This document shows positions 10,155 to 19,433 of a stretch of DNA of 64,000 nucleotides, piece by piece. Position 1 is the stretch's first letter. Every line of letters begins with the position of its first letter. A program made the translations under genes and the position numbers. The DNA comes from an uncultured Gammaproteobacteria bacterium (lineage in GTDB: Bacteria > Patescibacteriota > Patescibacteriia > SG8-24), in contig CAZBFO010000003.1 in the NCBI GenBank assembly GCA_964491475.1, positions 136,766 to 200,765 of the forward strand. The letters run 5' to 3'. The notes beneath the pieces were generated by a model. It did no database searches. It worked only from the letters and a program-made list of their open reading frames with translations, and was not told where the DNA came from.

Positions 10155-10470
10155 GGATCCCCTTATTGGCTCGCTTCGGCATGTCCGATAAGGGCGGTTA
10201 CTATGTCGGTTCTCGCCGGTTTCGACTGGCAGGCGCCTTCGGAAAAACCATCGCCTCTGGCTCGGCTTCGGCTGATACCCACTGGTTCCGTTCCATCTCG
10301 TTGCGCAAGAACCGGTCAGCAAAATGGAGGGGGATACCCTTATTGGCCTGCTTCGGCTCGTCCGATAAGGGCGACATGGACTTCGGTACGGCCGGTTTCG
10401 ACTGGCAGGCACCCTCTGAAATGTCACTGCCTTCGGGTCGGCTTCGGCTGATACCCTCGGGTTCCATCTC
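10155..10470 (+). repeat. Imperfect tandem duplication (units ~10155-10299 and ~10332-10470)
   Basis: Shared blocks cccttattggc..gcttcggc..gtccgataagggcg, gccggtttcgactggcaggc, tcggcttcggctgataccc, gttccatctc. Confidence 0.9.
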
Positions 10471-10697
10471 CAGTTTGCTGTCCGGTTCCCCGTCGCAGCA
10501 CAAAACTCGCGGCATCAGATTCGATTCGCGACAGGACGAGTGAAGATCGTTCGATACGGAGCTCGCGTGAGCCGCACGGTGCGTACACCCCACCCCTCCC
10601 CGCCGCACCGGGCGTCACTTAAGCGCTAGGATCCGTATCCGAACGTTCTCCTTCTTCTGTCGGTACCCTAACAGGGTCGATCGTCTCGCTGATGCCT

Positions 10698-10734
10698 ACA
10701 ACCCTGTCCCGTTCGGGATGGGGTTGTTTCTTTT
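10698..10734 (+). terminator. Intrinsic terminator closing the structured RNA
   Basis: acaaccctgtccc-gttc-gggatggggttgt + ttctttt. Confidence 0.8.
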
Positions 10735-10883
10735 CGCTGAAATAAGCGAAATTCGCACCTTGACGTAAGAAATATCCGCAAGCGACGTCTTCATATGCGG
10801 AAGCGCTAACCATGCGCTCCCGTTCGCCGTAAGGCGAACGACTTGCCTTACGCGCGGTTCACCCGCAACCGAAGGAGCAAGCA

Positions 10884-11318
10884 ATGATTGTTCAGTCCAA
10901 GAACGCCTACACGTTCACCCTCGATCCTTCCATCGGCGAAACGCCCGAGATGCTGCTGACCGCCATGGCCTTGGCCGTCTTCGACCTGGCCGACTCGCTC
11001 GACCTGGATCTCCCCGAGATCCTCACTCCCGAGCAAGCCAAGCGGTACCTGCTGCCAAACGACCGCGGCGTCTCCATGAGCATCATCGCCGGCCGGTTCT
11101 GCTTGGCGCACCTGCTGACCGCCAATGTCAGCGCCACGTCCGTCGAAGTCCACTTCGACATGTACGACCGCGATCCGGACGTCCTGGTGAAACGCACCGA
11201 CTTGCGCATGACTCGGCTGGTACGCATGGCCGCCCAGGCGGCAATCGACTCCCTCGAGGACGTCTCCGAATTCCTGGTCGACGCCGACCCGCCGCAACCT
11301 TTCTACGCCATCGCCTGA
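10884..11318 (+). CDS. Hypothetical protein
   Basis: GAAGGAG SD, typical codon usage, terminator hairpin at 11329-11353. Confidence 0.7.
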   Translation: MIVQSKNAYTFTLDPSIGETPEMLLTAMALAVFDLADSLDLDLPEILTPEQAKRYLLPNDRGVSMSIIAGRFCLAHLLTANVSATSVEVHFDMYDRDPDVLVKRTDLRMTRLVRMAAQAAIDSLEDVSEFLVDADPPQPFYAIA

Positions 11319-11439
11319 TGGTCACAAGCCTTCCCCGCCTTTTCAGGGGAAGGTCTTTTTATTTGGCGCTGTTGCCCGTTTTTCGACCCTATGCCACCAT
11401 CATTGTCCCATGCGGTTTCGTGTGGTATTTTTCCCGCAT

Positions 11440-12780
11440 ATGTCTACTGCTCCCAAGGCTGAAAAAATGGAGAAAATCGTCGGTTTGGCCAAGCGCCGCG
11501 GCTTCGTGTTTCCCGGTTCCGACATCTACGGCGGCTTGGCCAATTCTTGGGACTACGGTCCGCTGGGCACGGAGCTCAAGCGCAACATCATGGACGCCTG
11601 GTGGAAGCGGTTCGTCACCCAGCGCGGCGACATGGTCGGCATCGATGCCGCTACCATCATGAACCCCAAGGTGTGGGAGGCCTCGGGCCACCTGGCCGAG
11701 TTCACCGACCCGATGGTCGAGTGCAAGAAGTGCCACACCCGTTTCCGCTCCGACCAGATCGACGTCTCCAAGCCATGCGGCCACTGCGGCCAGAAGGACG
11801 GCTTCACCGAGCCGAAGAATTTCAACTTGATGTTCAAGACGTTCCTCGGCGCAACCGAAGAGGCCACCGCCGTCGCGTACCTGCGCGGCGAGCTGGCACA
11901 GGCGATGTTCGTGGACTTCAAGATGGTCCAGGAGACCTCGCGTAAGCGCATTCCGTTCGGCATCGCCCAGCAGGGCAAGTGCTATCGCAACGAAATCACG
12001 CCCGGTAATTTCATCTTCCGCACGCGCGAGTTCAACTTGATGGAGTTTGAGTACTTCGTACACCCCGATGAATGGCAAAAGCACTTTGAGTACTGGCTGA
12101 ACGAGATGAAGGAGTGGCTGCGCTTCTGCGGCATCAAGGACGAAAACTTGGTATATCACGAGATTCCGGACGGGGAACGCGCCCATTACTCCAAGCGCAC
12201 CGTCGACATCGAGTACCAGTACCCGTTCGGCCTGAAGGAGCTGTACGGCATCGCCTACCGCACCGACTACGACCTCAAGAAGCACCTCGAGGCTTCGGGT
12301 GCCGACCTTTCGTATCTCGACCCCGTGACCAACGAGCGCTACGTGCCGCACGTGGTCGAGCCCACCTTCGGCATCGACCGCACGCTGCTCATCGTCATGC
12401 TCGAGGCCTATCACGAGGAGGACGCGCCGACGGCCAACGAAGGCGAGACGGAAGCGCGCGTGGTGATGAAGTTCCCTCCGGCATTGGCGCCCTTCAAGGT
12501 GGCCGTGCTGCCGCTTTCCAAGAAGCCGGAACTTTCAAAGTACGCCGAACCGATCGTGGCGAACCTCCGCAGGCGCTGGGCCACCGACTACGACGAGACG
12601 CAATCGGTCGGCAAGCGCTACCGCCGCCAGGACGAAATCGGCACGCCGTACTGCGTGACCGTGGACTTCGACACCGACATCGACAAGAAGGTGACGGTCC
12701 GTGATCGCGACACCATGATGCAGGAGCGCATTCCCATCGACGAGCTCGAGGACTACCTGTCGCAGAAGCTGGGGTGCTGA
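11440..12780 (+). CDS. glyQS: Glycine--tRNA ligase (alpha2 homodimeric type)
   Basis: KRRGFVFPGSDIYGG, WEASGH, RNEITPGNFIFRTREF, GKRYRRQDEIGTP. Confidence 0.96.
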   Translation: MSTAPKAEKMEKIVGLAKRRGFVFPGSDIYGGLANSWDYGPLGTELKRNIMDAWWKRFVTQRGDMVGIDAATIMNPKVWEASGHLAEFTDPMVECKKCHTRFRSDQIDVSKPCGHCGQKDGFTEPKNFNLMFKTFLGATEEATAVAYLRGELAQAMFVDFKMVQETSRKRIPFGIAQQGKCYRNEITPGNFIFRTREFNLMEFEYFVHPDEWQKHFEYWLNEMKEWLRFCGIKDENLVYHEIPDGERAHYSKRTVDIEYQYPFGLKELYGIAYRTDYDLKKHLEASGADLSYLDPVTNERYVPHVVEPTFGIDRTLLIVMLEAYHEEDAPTANEGETEARVVMKFPPALAPFKVAVLPLSKKPELSKYAEPIVANLRRRWATDYDETQSVGKRYRRQDEIGTPYCVTVDFDTDIDKKVTVRDRDTMMQERIPIDELEDYLSQKLGC

Positions 12781-12839
12781 TAAAAAATCCGTGCATGGCA
12801 AAAACGACCCTTGTCTGAAGGGTCGTTTTTGCGCCATGT

Positions 12840-15800
12840 TCAGGAGGTTGTTCGGGCTTTCTTCAGGTAGCCTCGGACGGCCTGGGCCATCTTGGCGTAG
12901 CCGTCTCCTTTCAGGAGGGAGATGAAATTATCGTGGCCGCCGGTCTTGGCGTTGATGCCCGGGTCCAGAACCTTATATTCCTGCTGGAACTCCGCGAGCG
13001 GACGAAGCGTCTCCCCGTCGAAGGCGGCCTGCTCGAACGACTCCATGGCCGTGAGCGCGCTGCCTCCTTCCGAGAGCACCCAGTTTTCCACGCCGATGCC
13101 GCCGATGCCGCCATCCTCGAACTTCTTGTACGCGCCGGCTTCCTTGAGCAGCTTCTTGGCGAGGACGATGTTGGCGACCACGCGCTCGTGGGCCTCGTCG
13201 CCGAGATCGCGGCGTATCGCATCCAGCCGGTCGCTGACGGCATCATGCGACTCGTACTGCGCCACTTCGGACTTGTCGGCGAATCCGACGTCCACGTCCG
13301 CAGTTTCGCTGCCGAGCTTGGCACCGAGCAGGCGCAGCTGGTCGGGACGATGCCCCTCGTGCTTCTTTCCGCCGAGCCTGGCAACGAGCGACTCGTTCAG
13401 CGACGCGGCCTTGGCCATGTCGGCGGCGTTGAGCTTCACGATGAAGTCGAAATCGTAGGAACCCGGAACGTTGGTGCCGCGGCTCGAGGAGCCCGTGTCG
13501 TAGATTTCGGCGTTCGTCAGCAGCTCGTCGAATCCCGCGCTCGACTCGATGCCCTGCGCGGCGAGTTCGCCCAAAACGGCTCCTCGCAGCTCCGCGTTCA
13601 TGCCCTGGACCGACGCTCTTTCCTTGCGTTTGGCTTCCATCACCTCGCGCAGCGCGTCCGCATGCGCGGGGGCATTCTCAAGCGATGATTCCTTCATGCG
13701 GAACGGCATTCCCTCGGTGCCTCCGAAGAAGCGCTGGCGGTAATCGTCGAATTTCTCGGGGGTGACGAGGATGTTTCCTTCTTGGTCGACCATCGGGACG
13801 TAATGGCCGTTGGCGACAACGTCCATGATGCGGCTGTCGAGCCGTTTCGGTTCCCGCATCAGCCTTTCGGTCACGCCGATGGCGTCGATTTCGGTTGAAG
13901 GAAGTCCGGTCCTCACGCCGAAATGGCGTTCGCCCACGACGCCGGTGGGAAACAGTTCAAGACGGGCCTCGCGCTTGCGTGCCTCCTTGTTGAGCGCGGC
14001 CGGATCATCCTTGGCGGACGTCTCCTGGAACTGGCCGCGATCGCGCACGACCATGAAGAGGTCGCCGTACTCGCCGACGGGAGAAGCCGCCAATGCCCCG
14101 GCGAGGCCGGCATCGGCGTCGCCTGGCAGGATGCGGGCGACGTCGGTGTCGAGGGGCGTCCGGTCGGAATCCGCGCTCGCCCCCAGGAACTCCTTCGCGA
14201 CCGAACCGTTCTCGAGGATGTTGCGCAGGAAGCGGTCGTTGAAACCCTTGAGCAGGTCACCCGCCTTCACGTCGATGCGCCCCGAACCGCCAGCGACCCA
14301 CTCCCGGTTGCGGCGATCCGCCTTTACGCCGGACGCATCCATCCTTTCGAGCGCGGATTCTATGGTTTCGAGTCCGAGCGGCTTGAGGTACATTTCGGCG
14401 ACGCGGCCGCTCAACGACTGACCTTCCTTTGCCGAAAGGCTTTGACGCAAGTTTCCGTAGACGTCGGCGACGTCTTTCTTTCCGGAAGCCGGCTGATCGT
14501 CCCGGATCCGGCCGGCCAACGACGTTTCGTGCAGCCGTTTTATCTTTTCGACGGTCGATTCGAAACTTTTGCGTTCGTCCTCCGAAAGCGAGTCCAGCCC
14601 CTCGGCATCCACCTTGTCCATCAGCCCCTGACCGTCCCGAAGCGTCTCCATGTACCCGCGCAACGACGGATTGCCCGAATCCAGGTGAATGCTGACCAAG
14701 TCCTTGTAGATGGTGAGCATGCGACCGCGGTGGCTTTCGGCGCGGAGCGTGGGACTGCAGTGCTCGGCCGAGGTCAGGGCGTCGAGTTTTTCCTTCGGAT
14801 AGAGGACCTCGAATACCTTGTTGACCTTGCCGACAAGCGGCAGCTGGTTGCGCTCAAAAATCCCTTCGACTTGGGTGAAGGCGGCTTCCGGGTCTTCCGC
14901 CGAGCGCAGCGTGCCGAGCAGTTCGCGGGAAAGGCGGCGCAACGAGGCTGACGGCGAGGTGGCGATACGCTCCGCCGCGTTCACGAGCTTGGTGAGCCTC
15001 GGTCCAGCCTCGGCCGACTCTGCCAGGCGTTTCAGCGCCCCGAGCAGGTCCGGATTCGTCAGATCCCCGCCGGCCATGCCGGCATCGACCATCTTCCACA
15101 CGTCGTCCTCGGCGAACTGCAGGTCGCGCTCCGAGACTATGCGCTCAATCTGCTCCACGGTATTCCGGTGCATCCCGCCCGCTTCGAGGGATTTGGCGAT
15201 GGCCGTTTTTGCCTGCGCTTCGGACACCTCAATGGCGCCGTTCGCGATGTTGAAAAGCAGCAGCTTCGGCTGCCGGTCGATGACCGTGTCTATGGCTTCC
15301 GGCGTGAGCGCGCCGATTCTCTGCAGCTGTTCGATTTTCTTGTCGTAGAGCTGGTTTTTGTCCGCCATGGAGAGCAGCAGTTCTGTCCGCTGACCGGCAT
15401 CGAGGGTGATGCCGCCTTGGTCCGCCGCAGTGAGCACGGCATCCGGTTGCATGAGCATCACTTTATCCACGACGTCGGGCGTGAAGCTCTGCGCCAGCTC
15501 GGGCATCTTCTTCAGGAGGAACGCGTCTTTTTCGAGGCGGAGCTCTCCCTTCTTGGCCATCGAAAGGAGCATGTTCTTTCGCTGTCCTTCGGACAGGACG
15601 TTGCGCCAACCGTCGGCTTGGCGCACGACGGCGTAGGGGTCACGCGCGATGGTTGCGTCGATCATTTGCGTCCGCTCCTTTTCCGGCATGGCGGCGATCT
15701 CTGCCGGGAAGGCTTCTGCGTGCTCGACGACGTTTTCCGGCTTGTTCGCCCTGTAAGCGTCAAACAGGGCCCGGCGCGCTTCGGGGCTCATGTCTTTGTC

Positions 15801-16970
15801 CTTGGGCAAGTCGTTCCCGCTTAGCGACAGCTCTGCCAGGACCGACCGTTTTGACTCCGGCAGTCGCGCGATCGCTTCCGTCAGCTGCAATCGTTCTTCC
15901 GGGGTCCATCCCTGGCTGCTGTATTGGCCGGTTGCCTGCACGAGCAGCGCGTCGGGAGCGCGCTGACCGAGGGCGTCGATTGCCGCCTGTTTTTTCTGTT
16001 GCCAGTCATCGCCTGGCGCGTCGTTCAGGGCCTTGTCGACCAAATCCCATGCCACGCCCCGATCGCCGGGAGCGCCGTCGTCCAAGCTCCTGAAGAGCGC
16101 CACGCCGTCGGCGCCGGAGGCGAGGGCTTCCCTGAAGCTGGCACGCACCTTTTCGGCAAGACGTTCCGTGCTCGCGCGGGGACCGTCCACTCCGATCTCG
16201 CGGGTGCGGCGTTCGAACCGCAGCATTCGGTTGGCGGCGGCGATGGGATCGCTTTCGGCCTGCGTCTCGATTCGTCTCGATTCCGCCATGACGTATTGCC
16301 GGTTGAAGCTCTGCCGTTTTTCGAGCAGGGACGCTTCGTCCATGCTTTCTTCCCCGAGCGCGTTCTGGTATGCGGCCAGGGCGCGGTCCGGGTCGTCGCT
16401 GGCGAGTTCTTCGGCGGCGCCGTTCATGAATTCCTTTCGCAGCTCGTCGACCCGTATGCTTTGCAGGGCGTCGGGCGACGACAAGAACGCGGCAGGGTCG
16501 GTCCTGTAGGCTTCCTGCAGCGAGGCTAGGGCGGCACGCACGCGCTCCTGCGCCTCCGGGCTGGCTTGGCTGAAGGCGGTCTCGTCGAGCGCGCCGTCAG
16601 GGCCGACGAAGGCGGATACTGCTTCGTCGAGATCCCCTGCAAGGCGCGAAAAGTCACGCCCTTTCTCGGGCGCCGTTTCCGTCGTTTCGAGCTCTTGTTT
16701 CAAGGCTTCCTCGGCCTCCTTTGCTTCGGTGACGATGCTGTCGAGTGCCGCGCTCGTTTCGGGATCGACATTCGCCTCGAATTGGGCCGCGACGCGCGAC
16801 GTCATTTTCTCGCCCGTCTCCTGGAGTTGATGCACCGCGTCATCCGCGCGTTCGACGATTTGCGCGGGATCTTCGGGAAGGGACGGTTCGGTTTCCCCGG
16901 CCCGCTCCGTGTCGCCTTCGGGATGCCTCTCGCGCTCCGGGAGCGGTTGCCCTTCTCTTGCAGCTGCCAT
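12840..16970 (-). CDS. Large (~1376 aa) protein with C-terminal Pol-beta-type nucleotidyltransferase domain and possible ART-like region
   Basis: Long ORF; YDTGSSSRGTNVPGSYDFDF (GS..DxD) followed by ADVDVGF; acidic helical N-terminus. Confidence 0.7.
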   Translation of the reverse strand: MAAAREGQPLPERERHPEGDTERAGETEPSLPEDPAQIVERADDAVHQLQETGEKMTSRVAAQFEANVDPETSAALDSIVTEAKEAEEALKQELETTETAPEKGRDFSRLAGDLDEAVSAFVGPDGALDETAFSQASPEAQERVRAALASLQEAYRTDPAAFLSSPDALQSIRVDELRKEFMNGAAEELASDDPDRALAAYQNALGEESMDEASLLEKRQSFNRQYVMAESRRIETQAESDPIAAANRMLRFERRTREIGVDGPRASTERLAEKVRASFREALASGADGVALFRSLDDGAPGDRGVAWDLVDKALNDAPGDDWQQKKQAAIDALGQRAPDALLVQATGQYSSQGWTPEERLQLTEAIARLPESKRSVLAELSLSGNDLPKDKDMSPEARRALFDAYRANKPENVVEHAEAFPAEIAAMPEKERTQMIDATIARDPYAVVRQADGWRNVLSEGQRKNMLLSMAKKGELRLEKDAFLLKKMPELAQSFTPDVVDKVMLMQPDAVLTAADQGGITLDAGQRTELLLSMADKNQLYDKKIEQLQRIGALTPEAIDTVIDRQPKLLLFNIANGAIEVSEAQAKTAIAKSLEAGGMHRNTVEQIERIVSERDLQFAEDDVWKMVDAGMAGGDLTNPDLLGALKRLAESAEAGPRLTKLVNAAERIATSPSASLRRLSRELLGTLRSAEDPEAAFTQVEGIFERNQLPLVGKVNKVFEVLYPKEKLDALTSAEHCSPTLRAESHRGRMLTIYKDLVSIHLDSGNPSLRGYMETLRDGQGLMDKVDAEGLDSLSEDERKSFESTVEKIKRLHETSLAGRIRDDQPASGKKDVADVYGNLRQSLSAKEGQSLSGRVAEMYLKPLGLETIESALERMDASGVKADRRNREWVAGGSGRIDVKAGDLLKGFNDRFLRNILENGSVAKEFLGASADSDRTPLDTDVARILPGDADAGLAGALAASPVGEYGDLFMVVRDRGQFQETSAKDDPAALNKEARKREARLELFPTGVVGERHFGVRTGLPSTEIDAIGVTERLMREPKRLDSRIMDVVANGHYVPMVDQEGNILVTPEKFDDYRQRFFGGTEGMPFRMKESSLENAPAHADALREVMEAKRKERASVQGMNAELRGAVLGELAAQGIESSAGFDELLTNAEIYDTGSSSRGTNVPGSYDFDFIVKLNAADMAKAASLNESLVARLGGKKHEGHRPDQLRLLGAKLGSETADVDVGFADKSEVAQYESHDAVSDRLDAIRRDLGDEAHERVVANIVLAKKLLKEAGAYKKFEDGGIGGIGVENWVLSEGGSALTAMESFEQAAFDGETLRPLAEFQQEYKVLDPGINAKTGGHDNFISLLKGDGYAKMAQAVRGYLKKARTTS

Positions 16971-17318
16971 ACTCAATTTTTGAGGTCATTGCGTAATTTC
17001 TCTACCTGCTCATCGTCCTTTTTCTTTGAAAAACGCTTCACTATTTCCGCCTGCTTCGCGCGCAAAGACCGCATCTTCTCGGAAAACTTCAGCCATGCGG
17101 CCCGTATGCGTTGCTGATCCATAGGCGAGACCTTCCGTCGGCGCCGAGACAAGACGCCTGTGCAGGAGCATTTTCACACGACGGTGACCGTTTCGCAAGC
17201 CTTGCGTCGCGTCTTGCGAAGGCTTGCTTTCTTGCCGCTTTTCAAGGAAATTACCACGGCAATCGGCTGCGCGCCTCTTGTTCAATAAATCACGCCATTT
17301 TGCTAAGATTGGCTGACC

Positions 17319-18602
17319 ATGATTCATCACCAGCAGCTCACTCTCTCCAACGGCACGCGCGTCGTGCTGGTTCCGCACCGCGAGACGGAGGCCGCCACCT
17401 TGATGGCCCTGTACGCCGTCGGTTCGCGCCACGAGTCGGCCGCTTTGAGCGGTGCGGCGCACTTCATCGAGCACATGATGTTCAAGGGGACCCAGCGGCG
17501 CCCCAGCACCATGGCGATTTCGCGCGACCTCGACGCGGTCGGCGCGGACTACAACGCCTTCACCTACAAGGATTTCACCGGCTACTTCATCCGCCTGCAG
17601 GCCGACAAGCTCGGGCTGGCCGTGGACATGCTCCACGACATGCTCTACCACTCGCGTTTTCGCGAGAGCGACGTGGAGCCGGAGCGCAAAGTCATCTTCG
17701 AGGAGCTGCGCATGTACGACGACAACCCGATGATGGTGGTCGAGGAGCGGATGGAAGAAGAGCTGTACAAAGGCTCCAGCCTCGGACGCCGCACCGGCGG
17801 CACGGTCGAGACCATGACCGGCATCAGCCGCGACGACTTGGTAGCATTCCGCGACAAGCACTACATTCCGGGCAAGACGGTACTTTCGCTCGCCGGGCGC
17901 TTCGATCACGATGAAGCGGTGGCGATGCTGGAAAAGACGTTTGGAAAGGTGGCAAAGAAGAAACTGCCTGCGCCGTTCGCGCCGTTCTCGGCCGCAAAGG
18001 CAGGCAAAGGTCCGCGCGTGCGAGCGGAGTTCAAGGAGAGCGAGCAGGCGCAGCTTGCGATGGGCTGGCCGGCGTATGCCTACGGCGATCCTCGGCTGGC
18101 GGCGCTCAAGATCATGTGCATCATCCTGGGCGGCACCATGAGCTCGCGCCTGTTCATGCAGGTGCGCGAGAAGCGGGGACTGGCCTACTCGGTCGGCGCG
18201 TCCTCGAACCCGTATCAGGACGTCGGCAACGTCACCGTCCATGCGGGATTGGCAAAGGGCCGCTTCGACGCCGCGCTCAAGGTCATCATCGCCGAGCTGG
18301 CGAAGATGAAAGACAAGGACGTGACCGCCGAAGAGCTGAAGCGCGCCAAGGAATATTTCAAAGGGAAGATGGTGCTCGGTCTGGAAGACTCCAGCCGTCT
18401 CGCCGACTGGTACGCGCGCCAGCAGTTGTTGAGCGGAACCGTCGAGACTCCGGACGAGCGCGTGGCAAAAATGTTCGCCGTCACCAAGGCCGACGTGCGC
18501 AAGGCCGCCAACGACGTCTTCCGTCGTTCCACCGCCGCAGTAGCGGTCATCGGTCCGTTCAAGGATCCGGCGCCGATCGCCAAGCACTTGCAGCGCCTCT
18601 AA
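17319..18602 (+). CDS. M16 family (pitrilysin-like) zinc peptidase
   Basis: GAAHFIEHMMFKGT inverted HxxEH; MSSRLF..VREKRGLAYSV. Confidence 0.93.
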   Translation: MIHHQQLTLSNGTRVVLVPHRETEAATLMALYAVGSRHESAALSGAAHFIEHMMFKGTQRRPSTMAISRDLDAVGADYNAFTYKDFTGYFIRLQADKLGLAVDMLHDMLYHSRFRESDVEPERKVIFEELRMYDDNPMMVVEERMEEELYKGSSLGRRTGGTVETMTGISRDDLVAFRDKHYIPGKTVLSLAGRFDHDEAVAMLEKTFGKVAKKKLPAPFAPFSAAKAGKGPRVRAEFKESEQAQLAMGWPAYAYGDPRLAALKIMCIILGGTMSSRLFMQVREKRGLAYSVGASSNPYQDVGNVTVHAGLAKGRFDAALKVIIAELAKMKDKDVTAEELKRAKEYFKGKMVLGLEDSSRLADWYARQQLLSGTVETPDERVAKMFAVTKADVRKAANDVFRRSTAAVAVIGPFKDPAPIAKHLQRL

Positions 18603-18652
18603 AGGGGCGGATTTCACTAAACGATGGGGGCAGACCCCGACGCCACAACGCT

Positions 18653-19426
18653 ATGAAGTACCTCGTCGGCAACTGGAAAATGCAGCTCAACGAAAAGGAG
18701 TCCGAAGCGCTGGCCGCAGAAGTGGTTCGGCTGTGGGCGGCGCAGGGGGCCACCAAGCCAGGCGTCACCGTCGTGCTTTGCCCCTCGCACATGGCGCTGG
18801 AAGAAGCGGCCAAGGTCACGCGCGGCACGCCCGTGGCGCTCGGAGCGCAGGACGCCTTTTGGGAGGACAAGGGCGCCTTCACCGGCGAGATTTCGCCGAA
18901 GACGCTCAAGGAGCTCGGCTGCGAATTCAGCATCGTCGGTCATTCGGAACGTCGCCAGTATCTGGGCGAGACGGACGAGATGGTCAACAAGAAGGCGCTG
19001 GCGCTTCTCCGCAACGGCCTGACGCCGATCATCTGCGTGGGCGAGACGCTCGACGAGCGCAACGCCGGCCGCCGCGACGCGGTGGTCATCTCGCAGGTGC
19101 GCGCGGCATTGGCCGGCGTGCAGCTGGTCGGCACGCAGCGCGTCATCATCGCCTACGAGCCGCGCTGGGTCATCGGCAGCGGCAAGGCCGTTTCGCCGGA
19201 GGACGCCGCGGAAATGCATCACCTCATCATCGGTTCGCTCCAGGAGCTGTTCACCCCCGAAGTCGTTGACCGCCAGTTCTCGGTCATCTACGGCGGAGCC
19301 GCCGATTCCAAGAACCTCGCCGGCTTCTTGGCGATGGACGTCATTCACGGGGCTCTCGTGGGCGGCGCTTCGCTCAAGCCGCAGGAATTCGCGTCGATGG
19401 CCGAAATCGCGGCTGACGCAAAATAA
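18653..19426 (+). CDS. tpiA: Triosephosphate isomerase
   Basis: VGNWKM, GAFTGEIS, GHSERR, AYEP, YGG, LVGGASL. Confidence 0.96.
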   Translation: MKYLVGNWKMQLNEKESEALAAEVVRLWAAQGATKPGVTVVLCPSHMALEEAAKVTRGTPVALGAQDAFWEDKGAFTGEISPKTLKELGCEFSIVGHSERRQYLGETDEMVNKKALALLRNGLTPIICVGETLDERNAGRRDAVVISQVRAALAGVQLVGTQRVIIAYEPRWVIGSGKAVSPEDAAEMHHLIIGSLQELFTPEVVDRQFSVIYGGAADSKNLAGFLAMDVIHGALVGGASLKPQEFASMAEIAADAK

Positions 19427-19433
19427 CGCGCCT

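Larger units (their letters stand above)
10108..10734 (+). ncRNA. Large structured ncRNA candidate of unknown class (two duplicated multi-stem domains + long rod)
   Basis: Own promoter and terminator; long closing helices 10132-10152/10292-10312, ~10313-10334/~10462-10485 and 10511-10518/10689-10696; multiple UUCG tetraloops; internal duplication that does not preserve reading frame. Confidence 0.7.

Noticed and set aside
10019-10543. 174-aa ORF (and overlapping ORFs) across the duplicated region
   Set aside because: No SD or credible start, and the repeat copies switch reading frame; the pairing pattern and UUCG loops explain the sequence as RNA
10108-10734. RNase P RNA, tmRNA, SRP RNA or CRISPR array
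   Set aside because: No GAGGAAAGUCC/P4 motif, no tRNA-like ends or tag peptide, no SRP GGAA loop motif; only two long imperfect units, no repeat-spacer periodicity and no cas genes
12840-16970. CBASS operon
   Set aside because: The NTase-like domain is embedded in a giant stand-alone protein with no adjacent Cap effector or ancillary genes
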